A stretch of 64,000 nt of DNA, taken from positions 6,138,001 to 6,202,000 of the forward strand of contig NC_043026.1 in assembly GCF_006345805.1 (NCBI RefSeq), written 5' to 3'. Origin of the DNA: Octopus sinensis. Its lineage: Eukaryota. Below are positions 13,261 through 26,200 of the stretch, piece after piece (within the stretch, counting starts at the first letter, position 1; each line of letters opens with the position of its first letter). A program made the position numbers and the translations under genes. Below the pieces are notes generated by a model. The model saw only the letters and a program-made list of their open reading frames with translations. It was not told the origin of the DNA and ran no database searches.

Positions 13261-13854
13261 ATGTCTAATGGTATGGAAACTGTCCATTAATGGTTGTTGG
13301 TATTAATATGGTTCACTCCAATGATTGTCCACTTAAAATATTGTTTCTGAACAGGAAACGAAAAGACCCGATGTTTGTCATGAATTTATTATAACAAACA
13401 TGTTTCATTGAACACGCTGGGTAGACGGAGAAGTGTGAGATCGATAAGGCACTCTTGGTGATGTTGTTGTTGTTGTGGTGGTGGTGGTGGTGTTAGTTGT
13501 TTGTGGTGGCTGCGATGGTGAATGTGGTGTTGTTGTTGTGGTTGGTGTTGTAGTGGTGATGGGGACTGGGGATTGTGGTGTTGCTGGGGTGGTGGCGGTG
13601 GCGGTGGTGGCGGTGGTGGTGGCGGTGGTGGCGGTGGTGGCGGTGGTGGCAGTGGTGGCGGAGGTGGTGGTGGTGGCGGCGGTGGTGGTGGTGGTGGCGG
13701 TGGCGGTGGCGGCGGCAGTGGCGGTTGGTGGCGGTGGTGGTTTAGGTGGTGGTGGTGGCGGCGGTGGTGGTGGTGGCGGTGGTGGCGGTGGTGGTGGTGG
13801 TGGTGGGGTGATGATGTTGGGGGGCATCATCATCATCATTGTTCGACCGTGGTC

Positions 13855-14640
13855 GAGACAATGGAATTTACCATGCTACGCCAGACCACACGGTCCATCA
13901 TGGCATTACAGAGGTCCTGTTGCTGGATGCCTGTATCCCTGGAGATTACATCAGGGTAGGAGAGTGTGCCCTCTGGTATTGCGAGTAGATGGCTTCCCAG
14001 GAGAAGACTAGAAAATTACTTCTTTTTCAGCTCTCAACAACATGTCCAGCAAACTGGACTCTCCTACCTTCACAAGAGATGACACAGGTGGTAGTTTCCC
14101 ATATATTTGCATTTTGGTTGGATGACGCTTCCACGAGAGATTTTGAGCTCTCATAAGGAGGCGAGTGTAGGTTCCATCAACCGCCTCTCAAGCTTCTTTG
14201 ATAACGTCCAGGTTTCTGAGCCATATTGTAGAATTGGTTTGACTGGTATCGTGAGCAGATGGCTTCCAGAGGAGAAGAGTAGAAATTACCTCTTTTTCAG
14301 CTCTACAACAATGTCCCGCAAACTGGACTCTCCTACCTTTCACAAGAGATGACACAGGTGGTAGTTTCCCATATATTTGCATTTTGGTTGGATGACGCTT
14401 CCACGAGAGATTTTGAGCTCTCATAAGGAGGCGAGTGTAGGTTCCATCAACCGCCTCTCAAGCTTCTTTGATAACGTCCAGGTTTCTGAGCCATATTGTA
14501 GAATTGGTTTGACTGGTATCGTGAGCAGATGGCTTCCAGAGGAGAAGACTAGAAATTACCTCGTTTTCAGCTCTACAACAATGTCCAGCAAACTGGACTC
14601 TCCTACCCTTCACAAGAGATGGCACAGGTGGTAGTTTCCC
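13855..14640 (-). mobile_element. RTE-clade LINE 3' fragment with internal 270-bp tandem duplication
   Basis: LLMRAQNLSWKRHPTKMQIYGKLPPVSSLVKGRRVQFAGHC... ending DRVVWRSMVNSIVSTTVEQ* followed by (TGA)n. Confidence 0.8.
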
Positions 14641-14765
14641 AAATATTTGCATTTTGGGAGCAGGGAAGCACTTGGCGATTGCTTTTGTTAAGAATGGAAT
14701 TAGAGGTGATCCGTAATTACAACACTTTGAAAACTGTCCACAAATATCAGCGCTGTGCCGAACCG

Positions 14766-16102
14766 CAAAAGAAACGCAAGACGTGCGTGACTGTGAAATA
14801 TGTTTTAATTTCATTATGTCTGTCAGAGATAAATTTTGATAAATCCGATAAAGTCAATTTCTTGGATGCACTTAGATTGTAGGGCGTGGCATGTTCAGTA
14901 ACGTGTATGCTCTCCCTGGGTGTTCAGAATGGCCATACACCGTTTGGTACATGAAATGCATGAGGCGGTTGACAAAAGCCATTGGCACTTGAGTCCAAAC
15001 CCTGAGGAAAGCTGCTTCCAGTTCCACACGAGTTGTTGGCCTTGGGACCACCTGGTTCAACCATCGCTGGATTTCATCCCACAGGTGTTCTATTGGGTTC
15101 TGATCCAAGCTGAGAGCCAGCCACGGCATGGTTCTGATGTTGTGCTGACGCAGGAAGTCCATGAGGACCCTTTCCGTGTTGGAGGCAGCATTGTCCTGTG
15201 GGAACACGTGGCTATGGTGACACACGAAGAAGGGCATGATGTGAGGTCTTAAGATCTGGTCAACATGGCGCTGTGCTGTGATGCCATTCCCTCTGCCTGC
15301 ACCAACATTTTGGAACATATGGAGCCCAATTCTCTGATGCAGGCCTATGGCACCCCAAACTATGATGCTTTAGCCATCTCATGTGTCTCTCTCCATGACA
15401 CGTGCATCTCTTTAGCGTCTACCCTTTCTACGCCACACCCTCACTCTATCATCCGAGGTGGAAATGCTGCACTGACTCTCGTCAGAGAAGACAATCAACC
15501 TCCATTGTTGATGCCACCAATGTCGGTGCTGTGTAGCCCACTGTAGTTGCGCCTAATGGTGGCAGGCAGTGAAGCCAGGCCCTCGATGATGGCAGGATGA
15601 CAGCAATGGAGGTTGTTCACAGCCAGTCGACGTCATACTGTATTGTCGCTGATGGGCCACTGTCCAGTGCCAATGGTCTCGCGAGCCATCACGCTGGCTG
15701 GTCTGAAGCGATCACGGTGGTGTTGCAGGCGGATGAAGCAATCCTGCCTGGGCGGGGTCACTTGAAAGTGCCCTCTACAAGCATGGTCTGCTGGGCTGTC
15801 GGTGTTGTTGCAGGCGATAGATGGTACTGACATGGACATTGTAAGCTTTCACAACAACCAAGCCATGCTGCTCTGTTTGCAAACGGCCGATAGCTTGTTC
15901 TCTTTGTGTTGCTGACAATCAGATCATACCAGATCGTCCAAATTACGAATGAATTCTTTATTGTCCGCAAATACAAACAAAAAACACAAAAGTGGGGAAA
16001 AAAACGAATGAGAAAAAAGATGACAAAAAAATTAATGAAGAGGTGGAATGATGCCACTTGAACCCTGCACTCCGAGTTACGTCATTGAATCTCTTTTGCA
16101 GT
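14766..16102 (-). mobile_element. Degenerate Tc1-like DNA transposon
   Basis: TPPRQDCFIRLQHHRDRFRPAS (HTH region) and QDNA...PW...DQNPIEHLWDE (DDE region) in broken frames. Confidence 0.82.
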
Positions 16103-16429
16103 CACTTTATCACATTTAAAACTATTTTTGTGGTTCTCTTTTAGAAAAAAGTTTTTCACCCTCATGTTATCCTTTAATAACATATAATTTTTAAAAACAC
16201 TATTTAATAATCAATAGGCGCAGGAGTGGCTGTGTGGTAAGTAGCTTGTTTACCAACCACATGGTTCTGGGTTCAGTCCCACTGCATGGCACCTTGGGCA
16301 AGTGTCTTCTGCTATAGCCTCGGGCTGACCAAAGCCTTGCGAGTGGATTTGGTAGACGGAAGCTGAAAGAAGCCTGTCGTATATATGTATATATATATGT
16401 GTGTGTGTGTTTGTCCCCCTAGCATTGCT

Positions 16430-17488
16430 TGACAACCGATGCTGGTGTGTCCATGTCCCCATTACTTAGCGGTTCGGCAAAAGAGACCGATAGAATAAGT
16501 ACTGGGCTTACAACAGAATAAGTCCCGGGATCGAGTTGCTCAATTAAAGGCGGTGCTCCAGCATGGCCGCAGTCAAAGGACTGAAACAAGTAAAAGAGTA
16601 AAGAGAGAGAGAGTTTGTTCAGTTCATCCTGATCGATGACTGGAGGTAGTAAATCAATCACCACCTTCTGGTCCAATGGGTTCACATCTGATCCAGATGC
16701 CTCCCTCAATCTCAGGTAACTCTGAGATGATTGTCCACTTGAAACGTTGTTTCCCAACAGAAAACAAAAGGACCCACGGTTTGTCGTAAAGTTATTGTAA
16801 CAAGGCATGTTTCTTTGAAAGCCGTGGGCAGATGGACAGCTGTGTGATCAATAAGGTATTGATGCTGTTGTTCAAGTGGTGGTTATTGTTGGTGGTGGTG
16901 GTGGTGGTGGTGGGGGAAGGTGTTGTTGATGGTGGTGGTGGTTTTTGTTGTAGAGAAAAGAGTTTTGCGTTTGTGAGGGGTGATGATGTTGGGGAGTAGG
17001 GGAGCGATTGCTTTTCTTAACCCTTTAGTGTTCAGATTATTCTATCAAACATAATGCTTATTGATTTGAATTAATCGTGCATTATCTCATATCTTCAAGA
17101 TCTTGATGGTGTAATTACTTAATGTAGAATAACATTGTAGGGTAGGTGTGAGGGCCTGGATCTGGTCAGTTTGAACATAAAACAGATTAACTATTTTGGC
17201 CGGTTTAAATACTAAAGGGTTAATGGAATTACAGGTAATCCGTAATTATAACAGTTTGAAAACTGTCCAGAAATGTCAGTACCATACCAATATTATCCAC
17301 TGCTTCCAAAACTGCAGCAGAGGTCATCACAGTCTTTGAATGCCGAGACAGAGGTTAGAATCTCCGACTGTCCACTGATAGCCTTTACAGTTGTGATTGT
17401 TCACTTATAGTATTAATTCTTAACTGGAAACAAAATGAACTTATTTTTGTTTTATGAAGCTATAAAGAAGACGCACTTCATTGAACAT

Positions 17489-17560
<72 letters not shown>
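16430..17560. repeat. Segment duplicated in inverted orientation at about 30430-31510
   Basis: The same piggyBac-like MITE and flanks appear as a reverse complement. Confidence 0.9.
17040..17222. mobile_element. piggyBac-like MITE (TTAA TSD); mirror copy at 30747-30950, related element at 39673-39900
   Basis: TTAA-CCCTTTAG...CTAAAGGG-TTAA. Confidence 0.75.
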
Positions 17561-17570
<10 letters not shown>

Positions 17571-17614
17571 CAGATAGATAGACAGATAGACAGATAGATA
17601 AAAGTAGATAGATG

Positions 17615-17649
<35 letters not shown>

Positions 17650-17656
17650 GATGATG

Positions 17657-17725
<69 letters not shown>

Positions 17726-17741
17726 ATAGATGGATAAATAG

Positions 17742-17772
<31 letters not shown>

Positions 17773-17864
17773 GATAGATAGATAGATAGACAGATACAGA
17801 TAGAGACAGATAGATAAATAGATAGATAGATGGATAGATAGATGGATAGATAGATAGATAGATA

Positions 17865-19400
17865 ACTTTTTTTATTAGCCACCAGGGCTGAATACAGAGG
17901 GGACAAAATACAAATGCAGAGCTTTTCTTTTCGAGGGTGGAGAAAAATAAAAAAAAGTAAGATTGCGATCAAAAGGGATCGAGAGGAGGGAAAAAAAGGA
18001 AAAAAGGAAAATCGTGTATCACAGAAATAATGGTGTAAACATTGATATAACAAGATTGGGTTCATCCGTGGGAAGAAAAGCCTACAGAAAAGACCACGGG
18101 AACCCCAGTCAGGGAGGAAAATAAACACATGAGGTCAAAAATGCTCTCTTTCTTTCTTTTTTACGATCTACAGGATCATGCTCAAAATGGTTTCGTTACT
18201 AGCACGCACCATCTTTGCAACATTCACCCATCTTTTTTGAATCTTTCGCGAGACACAAACTTCCCTCTCCATTCTCACCTTCCTTTTCAAGGGTACTTGA
18301 AAAAGTTGATGAGCGATTGGCAGAGAGGTAAGTGTTTGTCTCTAATCCTTTCGCTCGAGTCCACCACACACATTTTTTCACCATGGCCACCAGTACGATG
18401 AAAACTGCTTGCCTTCCCGGTTGAGGGAAGGGGGCGGAGCAGCAATTCTCACGATAGAACTCGGCCGATAGGCGATTCGTCCCACACGTGACAGCAGCCG
18501 TTCGGCATAAGCCCACAGGTCGGAAATGGTTGGACATTGCACGAGTGCGTGCAGAACGGTTTCGTCGCTCTGACCGCATCTCGGGCAAGTCGGTCCAGTG
18601 TGTCTGGAACCGTGTCTGTAGAGCTTATCCCGAACAGGTAATGCTTCTCGATAGCACTGCCAGGCCAGGGATCTTTGGTGATTGTTCATAGGTCCCGGCC
18701 GCCGAAAGTTGTCCTGAACAGGCGGGTCAGGTGTTCCTCGTCGACGCCCAGACTCTGCCCGAGTTCGTCGTTGCACCTCCCCTCCACTAATCCTCTATAG
18801 AATGCCTTTGTTGTGATGGAGTCGCACAAGTTCGATCCCGGACGGCAGAGTTGCTTGAGAGCAACGCGACACTCGCGGGCCATTCGCCTAGCCTCGGTCT
18901 CTGCTTGATCCATGACTGTAGTTCGTCCAAGGAGACGAGCTGCGGGAAAGCGCGCCGCACAAAAGGCGACCACCCCTGTTCACCGTTGTCTATGAAGCGC
19001 CGGAGATGTCGCGTCAGTCTCAGCGCATGTCTGCGCATCATCAACCACGGCATGCCCAGCCCTCCATTTAGCGGGTGTTGGCAGCAAATGGATCGCCTAA
19101 CCATCGGAACGTTTCCCTTCCACAAGAAGCGGAAGAGATGCGTTCGTTCCAGTTTGGTGATGGTAGGGTCGGGACAAGGCACGACGGTCAGACGATACTC
19201 GATGACGGATGCGATGTACGCGTTCGCCACCTCCGCCCGACCTTTTAGGGATAGCTTTCTCTCAGTCCATTTCTGGGTGAGAGTAGCCACCCTAGTCGTT
19301 ATCTCGCCCCAGTTCTTCTCCATTTGGAGGTCCGGACCGAACCAGACCCCGAGCAATTTAACCGGTCCGTCCGTCCAGCGTCCCACGATGGAGACGCTGC
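17865..19400 (-). mobile_element. 5'-truncated L1/Tx1-clade LINE inserted in (GATA)n; short 3'-end copies at 19505-19692(-) and 59577-59683(+)
   Basis: KLLGVWFG...KLSLKGRAEVAN...RFLWKG...GGLGMP and a zf-RVT-like CPRCGQSDETVLHALVQC; the 3' end AATAAAA(A)GAAAGTT abuts (ATCT)n. Confidence 0.85.
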
Positions 19401-19471
<71 letters not shown>

Positions 19472-19716
19472 CAGATTGATAGATAGATAGATAGATAGAT
19501 AGATAACTTTCTTTTATTAGCCACACAGGGCTGAATACAGAGGGGACAAATACAAATGCAGAGCTTTTCTTTTCGAGGGTGGAAAAAATAAAAAATGTAA
19601 GATTGCGATCAAAAGGGATCGAGGGGAGGAAAAAAAAGGAAAAAAAAAGAAAATCGTGTATCACAGAAATAATGGTGTAAACATTGATATAACATTGAGC
19701 AGTGGTTGAAGGGAAT

Positions 19717-19750
<34 letters not shown>

Positions 19751-20510
19751 GTTGTTATTGTCGTTCTTGGTGACGGCGGTGGTGTTAGTGGTATTAGTAG
19801 CATTGACGGCACGGTCTTTGGTGGTGGTGATGGTGATGTTGGTATTGTTATTGGTGGCGATGTCTTTAGCAGGGATAGCAGTTTTAGTAGCAGATGCTGC
19901 CATGGTGTTGTTGTCGGTGTTGGTGGTGGACTCACTGGTGGTGTTGACGGTGCTTGACCTTGCGACCTTTGTTTTATATTTGTTGCTGTTGTCGATGCTG
20001 ATGGTGGTGGTGGTGGTGGTGGTGGTGGTGAAAGCGGTGGTGGTAACAGTAGTATTCTCTTTGTTGTTCTTGTTAGTGGTGGTAGTGGTGACAGGGTTTT
20101 TACTACAAGTGGTTGCAGCGTTCATTGCAAATTCATTGATGATTTCACCTTCCGTGCATAAATTCTTTTTTTATCCTAGCGTTTCCAGTCTGGGAGAAAG
20201 CTGGTCGATAGAGGAACGCGACCATCGTTCTAAAATACAATTTCTTGACATTTTCAAAATGTCGAAAAGGAAATTACACAAATTAAATAGGGTTAAAACT
20301 GCCCCTAGGGGCGAATTCCTCCCTTAGAAAAGCACTCAAACGAAAGTTGGGTGCCTTACACAACTTATTTACAAAAATGTACACAAAAATTGGCCTATAA
20401 ATAGTCAAAATAAACGATTACATTCGGAGCTGAACTGACATCACGTCCGTCAATAAACAGATAGATAGATAGATAGATAGATAGACAGACAGACATATAG
20501 ATAGATAGAT

Positions 20511-20547
<37 letters not shown>

Positions 20548-20572
20548 CAGACAGACATATAGATAGATAGAT

Positions 20573-20635
<63 letters not shown>

Positions 20636-21099
20636 TATATATGGGTCCTTTTGTTTTCTGTTGGGTAATAATATCTGAAGTGAACAATCATCTCTGTGAA
20701 TGGTATGAATACCAGCGGCCTTTACTGGAGAGTTGTGGACAGTTTTCATATCATTGGACGTTAGTTACAGCAGGGATCATATGGTCGAAAATATGCCAGT
20801 AATGAAACATATGTGCACTCTTATGTCAATCCATGTAGGTTAAAGTAATAATTGTGTAAATATCCACCACCAACAAGACCCACCAACATTGCAACGAAAC
20901 CGACAATACCTTATTGATCACACAGCTGACCATCTACCCAGTGCGTTCAATGAAACGTGCCTTGTTACAATAACTTTACAACAAACCATGGGTCCTTTTG
21001 TTTTCTGTTGAGTAATAATATCTTAAGTGGGCAGTCGTCCGTGTGAATGGTATGGATACCAGTGGACATTACTGGACAGTCGTGGACAGTTTTCATATC

Positions 21100-21387
21100 A
21101 TTGGACGTTAGTTACAGCAGGGATCATTGTTGCTATCAACGGACAGTCCGAGAACCTGAGCTCTGTCTTGGTATTCAAAGAGAGTGCTGACCTCTGTCAT
21201 AATTTTGGAAGCAGGGGATAATATTGAGATTTGAAGGCAGTCTTTATATTTGTGGACATTACTAATAAAAGTGGACGGTTGTTCGAGCAGTGGACATTAC
21301 TGGACAGTAATAGGGGACAGTCCTGACGTCTGTGCCTCAGGTGACCACTAAACTCATAGGTGCTGCCTGTTTCATCAACCAACAAAG
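21100..21387 (+). promoter_or_regulatory. Probable promoter / non-coding first exon of gene B
   Basis: Donor CAAAG|GTAAGG at 21387/21388; acceptor at 22387/22388 gives a 1000-nt intron. Confidence 0.55.
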
Positions 21388-21539
21388 GTAAGGGCTGTTT
21401 CATAATCTCCCACTTATTTTGTGTGTTTGTGTGCCCGTCTGTGTGTGTGTGTGTGTGCATGTGTGTATGTGTGTGTGCATGTGTGTATGTGTGAGAGAGA
21501 GGGAGAGTCTGTATGTGTGTGAGTGCTGTGTGTGTTAGT

Positions 21540-21830
21540 TAGTTAGTTAATTTTTTGGCTCAAAAAGCAAAAAGCCAGGCCATGTAGGGGGACATGGAGT
21601 TATGTACAGGGTGGTGTTCAGGTAAAGAGTTCAGGCCACTTGTGGTCAAGGGAGACTTTGAACCAAGCGGTCGTCAGCATCTTCACCATCTCGTCCGGCA
21701 GCTTATTCCATGGATCCGCAACCCGGGCGGACAAAGCCCCTCTCCTTCGATTGAGATGAAATCGTCGCAGATAGAGCTTTTCGGAGTGACCCCGCGGCTG
21801 ATGCTCTGGAGCAGTGTGTGTCTATGTCTG
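21540..21830 (-). mobile_element. CR1/L2-type LINE 3' end with (TAAC)n tail
   Basis: Reverse translation RGHSEKLYLRRFHLNRRRGALSARVADPWNKLP...FKVSLD. Confidence 0.7.
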
Positions 21831-22399
21831 CATGCGTGCAGCTTGGATTTAGGATTATCGTGTATGGTGTAGCAGGTAACACGTTGGTCTCGCTCAAGGG
21901 CATAAGATTGTGATTTTTATTATTTATATATTCAATGGGATTCCACACACAATCTCCGTGTGCCTAATCCACTCACAAGGCATTGTTCGGCCTGGAGCTA
22001 GAGTCAAAATACTTGCCCAAGGTGCTGTGGAGTGGGACTGAACTCAAAGCCCCAAAGTTTCTAAGTGAGTTTCTTAACCACACAGCTATGCCACTTTATG
22101 TGTTTATCTTTTGTCATTGTTTTTTTTTGGGGGTGGAGAGTTGTTTTTTTCTCTGTTTTATGTAAATTCCTTTGAGGTGAGATGTGTGTTTCGTGAAAAA
22201 ACATTATAAGACAACTTTTACTAACTCCTCTTTCTCTCTCTCTCTCCCACTCTCTCTCACACTCTCTCTCTCTCTCTCTCTCCCTCTCTCTCTCACACTC
22301 TCTCTCTCTCTCTCTCTCTCCCACTCTCTCTCACACTCTCTCATGATCCTAAAACCAAAGTGTTCCAATTTTCTTCTCCCATTCCAGTCAAAACCAAAA

Positions 22400-23123
22400 A
22401 TGCTGATGCTTCTAATCCTTGCAACGATTCTGACCGTTTCCTCGAATCAGGAATTCGATGAAGCCTTCTACAACTCTTTGGGTCCTGGTTACTCCTATAC
22501 TTATCTCCAGACTCCTCCAACAGAGAAATTCTACCCAAGCCAAAGTCTTCTAGAATGTTCTCTCATCGCTCTAAACAGTCAATCGGAATTCTTTACTTAC
22601 AGCAAAGTCAACCGTACTTGTAAGAATTACTCACCCAAAAATATTATGACGGTCAGCAGTGGACAGGACAAGAACGAGATGTCCTACTATAGAAGTAAGT
22701 GAAGCATTATTTTTATTACAATCCTTCTTCTTCTTCTTCTTCTTATTATTATTATTAGTAGTAGTAGTAGTAGTATTCCTCCTCCTCCTCCTCCTCTTCT
22801 TCTTCTTCTTCTTCTTCTTCCTCCTCCTCCTCTTCTTCTTCTTCTTCCTCCTCCTCCTCCTCCTCTTCTTCTTCTTCTTCTTCTTCCTCCTCCTCCTCTT
22901 CTTCTTCTTCTTCTTCTTCCTCCTCCTCTTCCTTCCTCCTCCTCCTCTCCTCCTCCTCCTCCTCTTCTTCTTCTTCTTCTTCTTCTTCTTCTTCTTCTCC
23001 TCCCCCTAAGACACTAACTATTGATGGGTAAGGGTTTTGTCAGCATCAGCACTATTAGCTCTCTTGGGTATTTGCCATTGATAGGCTTTTTAGAGGTTTT
23101 GGTAGTTATCATCATCATCATCA

Positions 23124-23163
<40 letters not shown>

Positions 23164-23229
23164 CATCAAATCATCATCATCATCATTATTATTATATTAT
23201 TATTATATTTTATATCATCATTATTATTA

Positions 23230-23275
<46 letters not shown>

Positions 23276-26200
23276 AATATTATTTCAGGCATTGAATGGA
23301 TTAAAACCTATGCTGTGTCAAAGGGGGCGAACTCATTAATCTATAATTCCGTAATGAACGTAGGCGATCCTTCAACATGGAACGTGGACAAATGCGTTGG
23401 TGGCTATTGTCCGAATTTTTTCCGACACCCTCTGCTTGATATCTGGAACGAACTTCCGATTGATGAGGTATGTATACACTTATTCTGATGCTGTATATAC
23501 TCTTGAAGAATGCCACTGCTAAACTTGCCTGTTTTTGTATTTGTTTTCAATATGATACATAAATAGCTATTTTGATCCAATACTGTTTGTGATGTGTATA
23601 AGGGATTTCTATTCAGTCGGGTGGTTATTCGCAACACCAGTCATTGCTTATCCATTGTTTTCTTTTATGTCAGTGGTGACAGATCTCGTCCTAGCATGTG
23701 AATGTTTGTGAGTATAGACCATTGACAAGGTGCAATGACGTAGAAATGCCCCCAGCTTTCTCACTTGCCACTGCTGACACGATTTTCGTCTCTCTCCAAT
23801 GCATAACAGACATTTCTCCGAACAAATACCGCAGCAAATTTATCTAAGACAATATGATTCCATTAAATATGATACATAAATGGTTAAATTGTTTGTGTAG
23901 GAGTGCCTGTGTGGTAAGTAGCTTGTTTACCAACCACATGGTTCCGGGTGCAGTCCCACTGCGTGGCATCTTGGGCAAGTGGCTATAGCCTCGGGCCGAC
24001 CAAAGCCTTGTGAGTGGATTTGGTAGATGGAAACTGAAAGAAGCCCGTCATTTCTATGTATATATATATGCGTGTGTGTGTTTGTGTGTCTGTGTTTGTT
24101 CCCCTAGCATTGCTTGACAACTGATGCTGGTGTGTTTTTGCCCCCGTCACTTAGCGGTTCAGCAAAAGAGACCGATAGAATAATTACTGGGCTTACAAAA
24201 GAATAAGTCCTGGGGTCGATTTACTCGATTAAAGGCGGTGCTCCAGCATGGCCACAGTTACATGACTGAAACAAGTAAAAGAGTAAAAGAGTAAAAGAGT
24301 ATCCAAGCACCCTGGGTAACGTAGTTTCAGAATATATATGGCTATGGAAGCCTGTCTCCGAAACCCAAGGAGGGGTTCAATAACAAAGAAACAGAGAGAC
24401 AGAGGTTACAACTTTATTTGGAAAGATATATATATAGGCGCAGGAGTGGCTGTGTGGTTCCGGGTCAGTCCCACTGTCTGGCATCTTGGGCAAGTGTCTT
24501 CTGCTATAGCCTCGGGCCGACCAATGCCTTGTGAGTGGATTTCGTAGACGGAAACTGAAAGAAGCCTGTGAGATATTTGTATATATATATATGTATGTGT
24601 GTGTATGTTTGTGTGTCTGTGTTTGTCCCCTAGCATTGCTTGACAACCGATGCTGGTGTGTTTATGTCCCCGTCACTTAGCAGTTCGGCAAAAAGAGACC
24701 GATAGAATAAGTACTGGGCTTACAAAGAATAAGTCCCGGGGTCGATTTGCTCGACTAAAGGCGGTGCTCCAGCATGGCCGCAGTCAAATGACTGAAACAA
24801 GTAAAAGAGAAAAAAAAAATAAAAGAGAGACTTATCCTCTCTTCAGGTGAAACTTGTGTTATACGAAAACCAAACAGCTGTGGTAACGATGGTGTTTGAT
24901 GGACGAGATACAACCCTTGAAAGTTGGTTCTCAATTGACAAGCTGAAAAGTTCCCCATGGAGTGATCTACCAGTAGAGAACACCAATTATTTCTCCATAG
25001 CTGGATTTGGGTAAGTTTTTATTATTGGACATTAGTAAGTTTTATTTTCACTTCATTTTGCACAAACCCAGTATATATATATATATATAAAACTCAAGAC
25101 AAAGCATGTATATATAAACACACACACACACACACATATGTATATTAGGTTGGGGCATAATTATTGCGGCTTCTTTTCAACAAATTTTATTCAACAAAAA
25201 CAATAACAATATTTAACAAAAACATCTTTAAATGACGGTTTTGACCATCTGCCAAGCAAATGGGAAGCAGTAATTGAAGTAGATGGTGAATATGCTCTGG
25301 AATAATCATTTAAAGATGTTTTTCTTACATGTTGTTATTGATTTTGTTCAATATAATTTGCAGAAAAAAAGCCGCAATAATTAGGCACCAACCTAATCTT
25401 TATATATAAAAGTAAGGTTGTGTGTCTGTCTCCTACGATTTAGATTCCTAACTACTCCCACATTTTGCGGTGCAGTTTAACCAAAACCGGGTATCTTATA
25501 TTTGTGATTCATATCGAGCCCTTCTGGGTATTAGCGCGCGTCTACGATGAGTCTACGATTTTTTTCCATTTTAATGCATTTTTCGCTATTATATAAGGGA
25601 AGTAACTCTCTAAAAATGTCTACGATGAGTCAACGATTTAAAAAAAAATTTACCATCATTTTTTTCTATTTTAATGCATTTTTTCGCTATTATATAAGAG
25701 AAGTAACTCTCTAAAAATGTCTACGATGAGTCTACGATTTAAAAAAAAAATTACCATCATTTTTTTTTTTTTTAATGCATTTTTTTGCTATTATTTGGCT
25801 ATAACTCTCTAAAAATGCTTATATAGTTATTTCCCTTACAAACCCTAGCAACGCCGGGCAATACTGCTAGTATAATATAGATAAATAGATAACAGTGCCA
25901 ACAATTGAAAATGTCCTGTCTTTTCTTTGACGCCATACAGCGACGCCCGCCGTTTTTATGTGTCAAACCATCATCGGAGTTGCCCATATGACATTGGTTG
26001 GTTGTGTATTAATGAAGCTAACGAACGTTTTGAAACCTGCCCTTGGGAGACATCGAACCCTTTCCCTGCATTCCACTACTCTAAGAGTGGTTCCAAAACC
26101 ACTTGGAGCAAAGGTAAGTATTTCATTATTCGTTTTCATGTTTATAAATTTCTTTTTCGTTCCAATTGAAATTGGAATCGAAATTGAACCAATCCTATGA

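Noticed and set aside
16217-16300. tRNA-like heads with A/B boxes
   Set aside because: They continue into SINE bodies and tails; no convincing cloverleaf, so not called tRNA genes.
19661-20327. Mucin-like Thr/Asn-rich ORF (also 13405-14011, 26902-27361, 33879-34415, 60936-61611)
   Set aside because: Degenerate trinucleotide repeats with no signal peptide or splice support.
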